DNA of 63,774 nt, counting the filler, from Lama guanicoe (lineage: Eukaryota): assembly GCA_013239625.1 (NCBI GenBank). It is 176 parts of 176 records of this genome, joined end to end, with 100 filler letters (N's around TTAATTAATTAA, not from the genome) between each part and the next. Parts side by side here need not be neighbours in the genome. Positions count along the whole stretch, not along the records: positions 39,910 to 40,172 come from PNXV01050435.1; positions 40,273 to 40,535 come from PNXV01050436.1; positions 40,636 to 40,898 come from PNXV01050437.1; positions 40,999 to 41,261 come from PNXV01050438.1; positions 41,362 to 41,623 come from PNXV01050439.1; positions 41,724 to 41,986 come from PNXV01050440.1; positions 42,087 to 42,349 come from PNXV01050441.1; positions 42,450 to 42,712 come from PNXV01050442.1; 168 more parts are not named here. One strand, given 5' to 3'. The translations under genes and the position numbers were made by a program. Every line of letters begins with the position of its first letter. The stretch's first letter is position 1. Positions 39,810-52,513 of the stretch are shown one piece after another. The notes beneath the pieces are model-generated. The model made no database searches, was not told where the DNA came from, and worked only from the letters and a program-made list of their open reading frames with translations.

Positions 39810-41942
39810 NNNNNNNNNNNNNNNNNNNNNNNNNNNNNNNNNNNNNNNNNNNNTTAATTAATTAANNNNNNNNNNNNNNNNNNNNNNNNNNNNNNNNNNN
39901 NNNNNNNNNTAACAACATTAGTTTTATCAGGAACAGCTACCCCCGCCCCAGCAGCATTGCTTTCTTACGGCCTGAGGACGAGCAGAAAAGAAGGTATGGT
40001 GTTGGTTAAGTGTTTCTGTTTGTTTAGACTGAGCTGACTTATTCTTTATCACTTTTAAATAATCTTTTTTAAAATCAAGTTTATTGTCTTTTCTTTATGA
40101 TATGTTAAGATTTTCTTATCTTTTATGTGTCAAAATTTGGAATTGTATTCTGATCAGTTCCATAATATGGGANNNNNNNNNNNNNNNNNNNNNNNNNNNN
40201 NNNNNNNNNNNNNNNNTTAATTAATTAANNNNNNNNNNNNNNNNNNNNNNNNNNNNNNNNNNNNNNNNNNNNCCTTATGTGCACTCAACTCCCAAAGTCA
40301 CAAGGCCAACAGAGGCCGCAGGCCCCTTGGTAGCCTCATGGCCACTGTCCTCATGAAGCACAGAGACCCCCTCAGCAAGCCCCAGGGTGGCAGGAAGAAG
40401 GGAGAAATCACACACACACCTCTGCCCAGGGCTCACCGGCACTCCTGCCAGGGCGGCAGGGGCAGGGGCAGAAAAGAGACCATTGCTGCCACTTTTGGAT
40501 CCTCTGGGCTGGTGGCCCCAGCTGGCTCAGACAGGNNNNNNNNNNNNNNNNNNNNNNNNNNNNNNNNNNNNNNNNNNNNTTAATTAATTAANNNNNNNNN
40601 NNNNNNNNNNNNNNNNNNNNNNNNNNNNNNNNNNNAGGCATGAGGTGTGTGGCTAAAAGGGGTTACTGGAACTCACAGTTACTGAGTGTCTTCAAAAGGC
40701 GAGCCCTGAGTGCAGCCACCCTGGAAACCTGCTGGCCCCTGGTCTTGTTCCTCCTCTCCACCTGCCGTTACCGCCCCAGCTGCGGGAGCATCTTCTATTG
40801 TCAAGTGGCTTTTGAATAATCCTAGGCTTCTGCAACCAAACGCTTCAGCGGGGGTTTGACCCAGTATTTTTATCATGTGAATCAAGTGGACTTGGCCANN
40901 NNNNNNNNNNNNNNNNNNNNNNNNNNNNNNNNNNNNNNNNNNTTAATTAATTAANNNNNNNNNNNNNNNNNNNNNNNNNNNNNNNNNNNNNNNNNNNNAG
41001 CTCTCTCTCACCTCCCCCTGCTCTGTTTTCCCCTTTACACGCAAGCACAAACACTCCCAGATGAGTCTAATATGATGGTACAATTTGGTTGTATTTCCAC
41101 TCAAGGCTTTTGGTTTTCTCAGAATTAATAATTGCCTTAGTTTTCTGTTTGCTTAGGTTTCCATATATTTATTTATGTTTTAATTCATTACCAGAAGTCT
41201 CAGCCAAGCTCCCTTCAATAGGTGCAGACACTCCAGGCCATCTTTAAGTTTGGATTTCCCCNNNNNNNNNNNNNNNNNNNNNNNNNNNNNNNNNNNNNNN
41301 NNNNNTTAATTAATTAANNNNNNNNNNNNNNNNNNNNNNNNNNNNNNNNNNNNNNNNNNNNTGAAACATCAGGACCAAGATCACGAAAGCGATGAAATTC
41401 TCAAAGTACATTTTTTATTCTTACTCAGTGTACTCTTTTCTAGAGATTTGTCATTGTAGTGGTATTTCAAACAAAAACCACAGTAGAAAAGAGATACAAC
41501 TTTAAATAATCTGGTATCCTAGCCATAAAATTGAATCATTCGATTCTACATACAAGTGATATCACATATCATTGTTCTTTCTTTCTGGCTTACTTCACTT
41601 AGAATGATGATCTAAATCTTTAANNNNNNNNNNNNNNNNNNNNNNNNNNNNNNNNNNNNNNNNNNNNTTAATTAATTAANNNNNNNNNNNNNNNNNNNNN
41701 NNNNNNNNNNNNNNNNNNNNNNNCAACATAGCAGAGATTCGTCAAAGTGACTGCAGAGAAATGGAGGGAACAACAGAATTGAGGGCAAGTAAGTCTCAAT
41801 TATCTCACTGTATTCGGAAGAGGATATGGTGTAGGCGTAACAGAATTGATAACTGAAGCAGGAAAGTTTGCGCTTATTGCTCACTCAGAGGGACAAAAAC
41901 CTTCCTGCTTCGCCAAAGTGAGAACTGAACGAACTTCCCAAG

Positions 41943-41986
41943 TGGAGGTGCCGGGGATTGAACCCGGGGCCTCGTGCATGCTAAGC
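41943..41986 (-). tRNA. TRNAA-AGC: tRNA-Ala(AGC), 3' half truncated by the contig end
   Basis: Minus strand reads GCTTAGCATGCACGAGGCCCCGGGTTCAATCCCCGGCACCTCCA. Anticodon AGC at 41982-41980, perfect T stem CCGGG/CCCGG with CpGs retained, no A tail, and TTTTT downstream at 41899-41895. Confidence 0.75.
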
Positions 41987-43629
41987 NNNNNNNNNNNNNN
42001 NNNNNNNNNNNNNNNNNNNNNNNNNNNNNNTTAATTAATTAANNNNNNNNNNNNNNNNNNNNNNNNNNNNNNNNNNNNNNNNNNNNGCTGCTGACCTGGA
42101 GAGAGACACCGAGGTTGGGCTGGGATGATGATGGGAGATGAGCTGAAAGTGGGACATGACTTTACAGTAATGGTCACAGGCCTTAGTTTTCGAGTTGGAC
42201 ACAGAGAGACACAGAGTGGTTCAGGATGACGGGTATGTGATATTTGGGGCTGAGTCACAGTTTTTCTGCAGGGACCTGATAGGAGAATAAAGTGGGGACG
42301 TTGATGTCGGTAAGAAGGGTTGGTGGGCATTGAATTCCCCCTAGAGCTGNNNNNNNNNNNNNNNNNNNNNNNNNNNNNNNNNNNNNNNNNNNNTTAATTA
42401 ATTAANNNNNNNNNNNNNNNNNNNNNNNNNNNNNNNNNNNNNNNNNNNNGATGTAGGAACTGAAGATGGAGATTAGCCCTCAGGCTGCTGTGGTAGCCCG
42501 GGGGAGAGGTGCTGGTGCAGTGGACTAGGCTGGTGGAAAAAAATGAGCCCAAACTAGTTAAGGTCTTGTAGCCAATGACAACGGATGAGCATTCCTTCAC
42601 AGCTGTAATGTCTGTCTTTCACAAATACACATTTCATGGCTTGCAGCTGTGGCCACTGGGACTCTGCTCCTCTGTTGACAGCAGCATTCCACCTCCTCTC
42701 ATTCCATTCAGTNNNNNNNNNNNNNNNNNNNNNNNNNNNNNNNNNNNNNNNNNNNNTTAATTAATTAANNNNNNNNNNNNNNNNNNNNNNNNNNNNNNNN
42801 NNNNNNNNNNNNGAGAAGGATCTAATTTGAGCCGGGACTCGGTGGCTCCACCCCTCCCAGCCGCATCACAATGGCGCTCCTCGCCTCCCTGGCAAACATC
42901 GCAAACCCTGGGCCGGCGGGGTGCGGTCAGCCCAACCTGGCCCCCACACCCCCGCTCCCCGCGGAGAATGCAGGGTGCTCCGGCCCACCAGGCTCCTGGG
43001 GCTGTTTACACTAGCGCTCCACTAATGGTTCCCCGGTGTGCGTAAACAGGCCCATCCTTGTGTGGAGAAATCATANNNNNNNNNNNNNNNNNNNNNNNNN
43101 NNNNNNNNNNNNNNNNNNNTTAATTAATTAANNNNNNNNNNNNNNNNNNNNNNNNNNNNNNNNNNNNNNNNNNNNTTTTTTTTCTGATTCCAAAACAAGG
43201 TTTCTTTGTTAAAGGGCTTCAAGCATTACATAAAAGCTTCATTTTAGAAATGTATTGATTTCTTTTATTTAAGTTTTTGGAGTCACCTGGGCTAAAGATT
43301 GTGAGTTCAAAGAAAAGCTGTATTCTTTATCTCTAGGGTGCAATTTTCTTGTCTCTATAAAGAAGGCAATGCTTTACCACTGTTAGGTCTTCAGCTGGGG
43401 CGCTTCAACAAAAAGACGTATTAATAAAAGAAAAACAANNNNNNNNNNNNNNNNNNNNNNNNNNNNNNNNNNNNNNNNNNNNTTAATTAATTAANNNNNN
43501 NNNNNNNNNNNNNNNNNNNNNNNNNNNNNNNNNNNNNNTATATATATAAAACTGAATCAATTTGCTGTGGACTAGAAACTAACACAACATTGTAAATCAA
43601 CCATAGTTCAATTTAAAACAAAAGTCTCC

Positions 43630-43790
43630 CTGTGCTGCCTAGGAAAGTACCATCAGTCACACGTGTGCCTATAGAGCACTTGAAATATGGCTAGTGCAAC
43701 TTAGAAGTGACTTTTAAACTTTATTTAATTTGCATTAATTTAAATTTGGATTTACATGGCCACATGTGGCCAGTGGTATACTCTACATGT
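43630..43790. mobile_element. MER3/MER33-like hAT-Charlie MITE
   Basis: agtcacacgtg...gagcacttgaaatatggctagtg...ttttaaactttatttaattt...taatttaaattt...ggccacatgtggccagtgg. Confidence 0.75.
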
Positions 43791-46552
43791 TGTACCACAT
43801 CNNNNNNNNNNNNNNNNNNNNNNNNNNNNNNNNNNNNNNNNNNNNTTAATTAATTAANNNNNNNNNNNNNNNNNNNNNNNNNNNNNNNNNNNNNNNNNNN
43901 NAAGGATGAGAACTCAGCGAGGCGCCTGGGCTGGTGGTTATGGGCCGTCACGGTCCTTGAGCTCAGGGGGCTCTTGGCAGGGGGGTGCCTGGTCTTCTGT
44001 GTCTGCGTGGCTCTTGGGCGCCGTGGCTCTGCCACGTTCTGGGGCTCTGAGAGCTCCGCGAGCCCCGTGACCGACGCCGGCCTCCCCTTCCCTGCAGTAC
44101 GGGGTGCTCCTGTATGAGAACTACCGCGTCCCGCAGCAGAGGAAGCCCGCGCCGTCCCCGTTCTNNNNNNNNNNNNNNNNNNNNNNNNNNNNNNNNNNNN
44201 NNNNNNNNTTAATTAATTAANNNNNNNNNNNNNNNNNNNNNNNNNNNNNNNNNNNNNNNNNNNNAGAATGTCCAAATCCACAGACCCAGCAGGTAGACAG
44301 AGTACTAAATTTATCCTGCCTATTAGGTAAATAGACACAAAAGAATCCCAATAATTATTAAGACTGCCAGCTAGATACTTACATGCAATTTTTAGAAGAA
44401 GAGGCTGTTTTTGAAATGCATGTGCCTATTAACTCGCATAATGCAATGGAAATCACCAGTAAGGGTCATTTGCTCAGCAGCTCAAAGCCAGAAAGGACAC
44501 ATTCTTAGACTCACACGTTGTTGTCCCNNNNNNNNNNNNNNNNNNNNNNNNNNNNNNNNNNNNNNNNNNNNTTAATTAATTAANNNNNNNNNNNNNNNNN
44601 NNNNNNNNNNNNNNNNNNNNNNNNNNNGCCCCAGTGGACTTGTCCAGCCACGTTGACAATAACACTGGGTCACCTGAGTTTCTAAGCAGAATTAGGGCTC
44701 TAATGCCCCCAACGTGACTCAGTCATAGACTTGTGTTTGTGAAAAGATTGTGGCCATCCTCACCGCAGCTCTGGTCCTCTGGCCTCACATCTCCAGAATT
44801 GCTTCTTTCCCCAGCGCCATGGCATACCCCCTCCTCCATCGTCCAGACTCGAGTTTGGACCCCCCTCCCCAGCCTCCTCATCATCATTGTNNNNNNNNNN
44901 NNNNNNNNNNNNNNNNNNNNNNNNNNNNNNNNNNTTAATTAATTAANNNNNNNNNNNNNNNNNNNNNNNNNNNNNNNNNNNNNNNNNNNNCTGGAGCCCA
45001 AGTTTTGTGACTCCTCGGCCACCATGCTGTCCACTCTGCGGGGAAGCCTGGCACGCGACCCGACTTACGTCAGCCACCAGCACTCTGTGGCTCAATAAAT
45101 AGCTGAATGACCTGGAAATCTAGAAATCCTTGAGGGAATAGAGTTCAGAAAGGGATGTCACCCCCTGGGGCAGGTCACAGAGTTCACCTCTCCCATTATC
45201 TCAGCCAAAGATAGGAGTTTACCCACTGGTTGTAACTGGACAGATTTTCTTTANNNNNNNNNNNNNNNNNNNNNNNNNNNNNNNNNNNNNNNNNNNNTTA
45301 ATTAATTAANNNNNNNNNNNNNNNNNNNNNNNNNNNNNNNNNNNNNNNNNNNNAAAAAAAAAACCTAATAGAAAAATAGGGCATAAACAGGCAATTTACA
45401 AAAATTTTTTTAAAAGATTATTGATACATAAAGAAGATGCTTGACCTTATTAATAAAGTAAAGCAATGACAAGGAAGGCCAGGACACATCATGTTTTACT
45501 TACCAAATTTACACAGTTGAAACAATTCAAAAGACTGAGTGACGGCAAAGTGCGGAGTAAGCATGGAGCCAGTATAACTTGTATAACCTTTCAGGATATC
45601 AGACTTGCAGTATTTGNNNNNNNNNNNNNNNNNNNNNNNNNNNNNNNNNNNNNNNNNNNNTTAATTAATTAANNNNNNNNNNNNNNNNNNNNNNNNNNNN
45701 NNNNNNNNNNNNNNNNGTCCTTTCTGATCTCAGTATGCTTTGACCTAGTACAAAATGTGGAATTAAGCAAAAGACTAAGAATTACAGTTTCTGTTGAACA
45801 AGGCAGCGTGCAGTGAGCAAGGCATTTACCAAATAGGAAACTTGGAATATTTAAATAGCTAGAAATCTGAAGCAGCCGAACAGGCTCAAAAATTAAATAT
45901 CTAAAACAGGGCGAAGTAACAGGAGAATTAGAATTTAAGCATATAGAAAGTCTTACGTGAGTCACGTGAGCCAATCACTNNNNNNNNNNNNNNNNNNNNN
46001 NNNNNNNNNNNNNNNNNNNNNNNTTAATTAATTAANNNNNNNNNNNNNNNNNNNNNNNNNNNNNNNNNNNNNNNNNNNNGGAATAAGCCCCAAATCCTCT
46101 CTCCTGGCATCAAAATAACTGAAAAAAAAAATCAGTATGACATCACTTATATGTGGAATCTAAAATAATGAAACAAACTAGTGAATGTAACACATAAAAA
46201 ACAGATTCACAGATACAGAGAATGAACTAGCGGTTACCAGAGGGAAGGGGGAGGGGAAACATAAGGGGAGGGGACTGAGAGGCACAAACTATTAGGTACC
46301 AAATATGCTATGAGAATACATTGTACAGCAAAGGGAATATAGNNNNNNNNNNNNNNNNNNNNNNNNNNNNNNNNNNNNNNNNNNNNTTAATTAATTAANN
46401 NNNNNNNNNNNNNNNNNNNNNNNNNNNNNNNNNNNNNNNNNNGGAATTACAAATTGGAAGATCTGGCATCCCTCTGAGCATGGTCATGCGACTGCGGGTA
46501 AATCATGTAACCTCTCCATACCTGTTTCCTCATTTTTAAATATTAGGATACT

Positions 46553-46705
46553 ATATACAGGGAATTATGTTGAGTATCTTATAACCTTCAATGGAAAAGA
46601 ATATGAAAATGAATATATGTACACATACACATGACTGGGACATCAACTATGCTGTACACCAGCAATTGACATATTGACTATACTTCAATTTAAGAAAAAA
46701 AAAAA
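46553..46705 (+). mobile_element. LINE-1 3' terminus with poly-A (short 5'-truncated insertion)
   Basis: acagggaattatgttgagtatctt...gctgtacaccagcaattgac...tacttcaatttaagaaaaaaaaaa. Confidence 0.85.
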
Positions 46706-47199
46706 NNNNNNNNNNNNNNNNNNNNNNNNNNNNNNNNNNNNNNNNNNNNTTAATTAATTAANNNNNNNNNNNNNNNNNNNNNNNNNNNNNNNNNNNNNNN
46801 NNNNNAAGTGACTCGCCCACGATGACACAGCTTGCATCATACAGAGCTGCACTTAGGGGTTTACATTTCAAACCAACTGCTCTCCCACTCTAAGACCTAC
46901 TTCCCATTGCTCTAGCACTGCTTATAAAAGAGCAGGGCCCATCACAAGCCCAGTTATGAGGAGGTAACACTGACACATGCAGCCCCATCAGTAACCACAG
47001 GACGCTGATACATTTATCGGAACAGTGTTTAACATGTCAGTACAAGAATTTTATGCGGTTTAATTTCTNNNNNNNNNNNNNNNNNNNNNNNNNNNNNNNN
47101 NNNNNNNNNNNNTTAATTAATTAANNNNNNNNNNNNNNNNNNNNNNNNNNNNNNNNNNNNNNNNNNNNGGGAGAGGGTCCTGCCGCCTGACACCAGCCT

Positions 47200-47308
47200 A
47201 GGGGAGGATCCAAATTCGGATGCGGTGTCCACTGCACGTGCATCACTTTTGGACCATCCTAAAGTCAGGAAGTTGTATGTCGAACCATCATAGGTTGGGG
47301 GCCGTCTG
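47200..47308. mobile_element. TcMar-Tigger (Tigger4-like) fragment
   Basis: accatcctaaagtc...gtcgaaccatcataggttgggggccgtctg terminal motif. Confidence 0.55.
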
Positions 47309-47531
47309 TGCCGGCACTGGGGTCCGGTACACGTGGGTTTGCAGCCCCCCTCTTCCTCAGGCAGGGAAGGAACCCTGCAGCGCAGTGGCTGCGTGAGGCC
47401 GTGTTCCGACATTCAAGTTGACCCATTTTTTNNNNNNNNNNNNNNNNNNNNNNNNNNNNNNNNNNNNNNNNNNNNTTAATTAATTAANNNNNNNNNNNNN
47501 NNNNNNNNNNNNNNNNNNNNNNNNNNNNNNN

Positions 47532-47624
47532 AGATTTCTCAGCCAGTGGTTGTGGTGGCCATTGTAGGACCATATCATACAGGAAAATCCTACTTGATGA
47601 ACCGTCTTGCAGGTCAGAATCATG
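47532..47624 (+). CDS. GBP: Guanylate-binding protein (GBP4/6/7-like) first coding exon, partial, containing the P-loop
   Basis: [31 protein letters not shown], then a phase-1 donor GTGAGT at 47625-47630, as in mammalian GBP genes. The ORF-track extension beyond 47624 is intron. The paralog cannot be resolved. Confidence 0.92.
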
Positions 47625-50600
47625 GTGAGTATTTTACTGGGTCAAGGGCTTATTGCTTGATTCTAGCTAATACCTCAGCTTCTTCATTTTTGTTCCTGAT
47701 CATGTGCAGGGAGAGCCAAACTTCTCTTAACAAATCAACTTTCCACTCCTATTTCTCACTGCTAAATCACTATCTTACTGTAATTTGTTACCATNNNNNN
47801 NNNNNNNNNNNNNNNNNNNNNNNNNNNNNNNNNNNNNNTTAATTAATTAANNNNNNNNNNNNNNNNNNNNNNNNNNNNNNNNNNNNNNNNNNNNTTCATG
47901 ACTATAAAAGAATTTTAGAAACTGGGGGATTTTTAAGGATAGATGAATAGCAGAGTCAATTAGCCCCTTGTGTTACAAATGGGAAAGCGAGGGTCACACT
48001 TGCTCTGTGTGTCCTGAGGCCTGGAGCAGGTGTGAGGCCCAGCGACTGACGTGTGGCTATCTGCATACACTAGAAATTCCTTTATCCAAAACAGCTTTGC
48101 TGTTGTCAGTCATTAAAAATAACAAGACACATTAATGCTAAAACTCTACTGAACGTTNNNNNNNNNNNNNNNNNNNNNNNNNNNNNNNNNNNNNNNNNNN
48201 NTTAATTAATTAANNNNNNNNNNNNNNNNNNNNNNNNNNNNNNNNNNNNNNNNNNNNGGTACATCTCCAAAAGAGCAACTTATTAATATTAATACTCATG
48301 ATTCTTGAGGTTTCCTGATAATAAAATGAAACCAAAGGAAAAGAGGAGGCCATGCAGCCTTCAAGGATTCAAACACACTTTCAATGTCACACTGTTTAGT
48401 AACTCTGTCCATGAAAAACTATAGGATCTGAAACACTATTGTGATATCTGAAAAAGGTAACACAATTCAGGGCTGAGCAATAATATATTCTGACTCTTTT
48501 ATTATCCCACATTCCTTTTTNNNNNNNNNNNNNNNNNNNNNNNNNNNNNNNNNNNNNNNNNNNNTTAATTAATTAANNNNNNNNNNNNNNNNNNNNNNNN
48601 NNNNNNNNNNNNNNNNNNNNACTGAAGAGGGTGATCATTGTTTGAGTGAGACGAGCCCCGGGTTATACGGAGTCAGCATCCCTGTCCTGGACACGGCACA
48701 TGTAGGGCTGAGTGGTGGGTGAGGCGGTGCCGCTGCACAGGGAACGCGGATGCCGGGCCAATGGGCTGTGCTCAGGCCCGGTGGGGCTTTATCCTAAGGG
48801 CAGTGGACCGTCATTGACAGATTTTAACTAGGGTAGTGGGGTGCTCTCGTAGTTCACTTTTGTCTTGTAGAATGCTTAGAAACNNNNNNNNNNNNNNNNN
48901 NNNNNNNNNNNNNNNNNNNNNNNNNNNTTAATTAATTAANNNNNNNNNNNNNNNNNNNNNNNNNNNNNNNNNNNNNNNNNNNNGGTTTATGCCACAGAAG
49001 GACAGGCCAAATTCTATCTTAAGAGTAGGACCCGAGTGCTGGAAAAGTGCACAGAAACAGATTCCCTAAGCGCTGTAAATCTAACCTAAACTTAGTAATT
49101 TGTCCTCATTCAGTTTGTGTTCCCCTGAATTCCGGTTACCAAAATCATGAAATGCCCACCTGCATCGTCTGTGGGACTAACAAGTAGTGGTGAAAAATGA
49201 GACGGTTAATGAAGAAGACAAGGAAATGTCTGGAGGTTATGTCATTNNNNNNNNNNNNNNNNNNNNNNNNNNNNNNNNNNNNNNNNNNNNTTAATTAATT
49301 AANNNNNNNNNNNNNNNNNNNNNNNNNNNNNNNNNNNNNNNNNNNNGAGGAAGCCTGCTGCTCACACAACCCCATCTCCATCTCCCACAAACAGTTCCAA
49401 GTACCCTGCCATCAAGTTCTGGACCACATGGCCATAATGGGCTTTTTTAACCCAGTCATATTATTAGACTAGAAGTGGGCGGAAGACCCACGGGCAGCAA
49501 AAGCATAGAGTCTGCAAGGATCTTTGACGTTCCCCATGGACAGAGTTTTTGGTGAGACCATCAGATTCTTGTTGACAATTTGAAACATAAGAAATATGGA
49601 GAGGTGAGGNNNNNNNNNNNNNNNNNNNNNNNNNNNNNNNNNNNNNNNNNNNNTTAATTAATTAANNNNNNNNNNNNNNNNNNNNNNNNNNNNNNNNNNN
49701 NNNNNNNNNCAGCAATAGATAATCAATACAGCATTTTCAAATGTCTGCAGGGCTTTCAATGATGAGAAAGGTTTAGATTGTTCTGTTGATTCTCCAAGAG
49801 CAAATAAGTGACAATGAATCAAAGGTACTGGGGGTGGGGAGAGTTACTGTAGGTAATTTAAAATGAATACTTTCTTAACCATTGGAGATTCCTGAAAATA
49901 GAGTAAACTTATGTGAAAATCAGTAAGTTCTGTAGAACAAAGAATGTTGCCCGCCACTTAGTTCTACAAGGANNNNNNNNNNNNNNNNNNNNNNNNNNNN
50001 NNNNNNNNNNNNNNNNTTAATTAATTAANNNNNNNNNNNNNNNNNNNNNNNNNNNNNNNNNNNNNNNNNNNNTGGAGAGAGAGTTTCCACCTGATGCCTG
50101 AGCAGGCTGGGCAGGTGTCATCATGGTCCCATAAGTTTCTATGGTAGCTGTGAGAGTTGGGACTAATACCCCCATTTTACAGAGTTGAAGCCTGAGGCAG
50201 GAGTTGCTGGGGATGAGTGGGGTCTCTAGGTAACAGAGGACCCTGGGTGTTTTCCAGCTCTGCTTTCTGAGGAGCTGCTCCAGGCCACTGGGAGAGGGTC
50301 TGCTGGGGATGACAGAGCTTGGGCTGAGAAGCCAANNNNNNNNNNNNNNNNNNNNNNNNNNNNNNNNNNNNNNNNNNNNTTAATTAATTAANNNNNNNNN
50401 NNNNNNNNNNNNNNNNNNNNNNNNNNNNNNNNNNNCTGAATCACATCAGTAAAGTCCTGTTTTGCTCCACGAGGCCCCATTCACAGGCTCCAGGGATCAG
50501 GATACGGATATCTTTTGTGGGGAAGGTTTTCAGCCTACCACTCTGTCCACTAGCGGCCCGGCCCCCAGAGTCACAAGGAAAGGGCCAAGGAGAAGGCCGG

Positions 50601-52250
50601 CCCAGGATCGAGTAACTCAGCCGCTACACACGGTGGCTGGGCAGTCGGAGAGCAGGCGTCCTGGTGCCCTGGCTCTCTCTCCTCCCGCCCTCCAGTCTNN
50701 NNNNNNNNNNNNNNNNNNNNNNNNNNNNNNNNNNNNNNNNNNTTAATTAATTAANNNNNNNNNNNNNNNNNNNNNNNNNNNNNNNNNNNNNNNNNNNNCC
50801 AGGAGAGTCCCCATTTCAAATACATTCCCAAACCTGTCACATCTTGCCTCCCAAGTGTATTCAGTCAGCAATACAAGCACGTCTTCTCAGCCAAGTGCTG
50901 GGCTAGAGACCTGAAATATACTCAAAACCAAGGCGTAGACTCTGCTCCCAGGTGGCTGAGCGTTCGTTATAATACAATCCAGGGAAAGCTGTTGTAGGTA
51001 GAGGACCAGGGCATTAAAATCATAACCTGTCCCTCTCCCACAGTTCCTATAATCACTGTTCNNNNNNNNNNNNNNNNNNNNNNNNNNNNNNNNNNNNNNN
51101 NNNNNTTAATTAATTAANNNNNNNNNNNNNNNNNNNNNNNNNNNNNNNNNNNNNNNNNNNNGCTTTTGCTGGTTTCTTGATTTGCTTGGTTTTGTTTTTG
51201 CCCCAGGAAGTGCTAAGCATCTCCCTTCTGTCTTGTGACTGTGGTGTCTCAGGGCGAAGTGCAGTGCCTCACCCGAGGTTATGCACAGAGTTACCGAAAG
51301 GGCTTAATTGTGTACATGACATCTTTAGCCCACCTGGATTTCCCTTTCAAATATTCAAAATGGTATTTCAAGTGAAAACAAAACAAAACATCACCAGCCC
51401 CCGCTAGAGCCATGTGGGCAGGCANNNNNNNNNNNNNNNNNNNNNNNNNNNNNNNNNNNNNNNNNNNNTTAATTAATTAANNNNNNNNNNNNNNNNNNNN
51501 NNNNNNNNNNNNNNNNNNNNNNNNTTTCTCCATCCAACACACATGGTTGCACTCCTGAAATAGCCAAGAAATATTTTAAGAGGGTTTTGAGAAATCTTCG
51601 CAGGAACCCCATGAGACAGGCATTGCAATCCCCTGTTGCACGTAAGTAAATGGAGGCTCTTTAATGATTAGGTAATTTTCTAAATGTCACAGTAAGTAAG
51701 TGGCAAAGTCAGAACTTACATAGTTTGCCCAGCATTTTGCTGCTTCTTTTTCTTTTGGTGTATCATTAAATCCTCATGACAATTCAGNNNNNNNNNNNNN
51801 NNNNNNNNNNNNNNNNNNNNNNNNNNNNNNNTTAATTAATTAANNNNNNNNNNNNNNNNNNNNNNNNNNNNNNNNNNNNNNNNNNNNGGGACAGAACCAC
51901 TCATGGCTCACAAGCCTGAGCATGCCCGGGGGCCACAGACAATGCCTGCCCTGAGCGGGGACTGGACCATGGCTGGCTTACCGAGGACAGCTGCTGGGAG
52001 GATTCTGGGGTGGGGCTGGGGGCACTGGACTTCTGCAGCATCCACTTCTGACTGGGGCCCTGGACATCCTGCGTGGAGTCACCTCCTCCCCTGCACTGGG
52101 GACGGGGAATTTCTGAAAGGCCTTAGACTCCTTCCTGTGTTGGCTTAAAANNNNNNNNNNNNNNNNNNNNNNNNNNNNNNNNNNNNNNNNNNNNTTAATT
52201 AATTAANNNNNNNNNNNNNNNNNNNNNNNNNNNNNNNNNNNNNNNNNNNN

Positions 52251-52513
52251 CACTACATTTTTAAATGTGGAGAGGTACAAGCTCAGACTCGGTTTTACAG
52301 TGAAAATTAAATGAACATCAACCTGCAGTAGGAAACAGACTGAGAAAACAGACTAAGGTTTTCTCCTGCAACACGTTCCCTATGTGCTAGATGAATGAAC
52401 GTATCTACTCATGCTGAGATCTGAGAGAAAACTGTGTGTGAAAGCTGCCCTTCAAAAGGCTTGCTGGGAACAAAATGATATTTTTAAGTTGGAAAAAACA
52501 GTACATAAATATA
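52251..52513 (+). repeat. Satellite monomer, period about 248 bp
   Basis: CACTACAT at 52251 recurs as CAGTACAT at 52499. Shares gaggtacaagctc..actcggttttaca.tgaaa and ggaaacagactgagaaa with 26484-26743. Confidence 0.8.

Noticed and set aside
47625..47842. Novel C-terminal extension of the GBP ORF ([13 protein letters not shown]...)
   Set aside because: It is read-through past the GTGAGT splice donor into intron and then linker.
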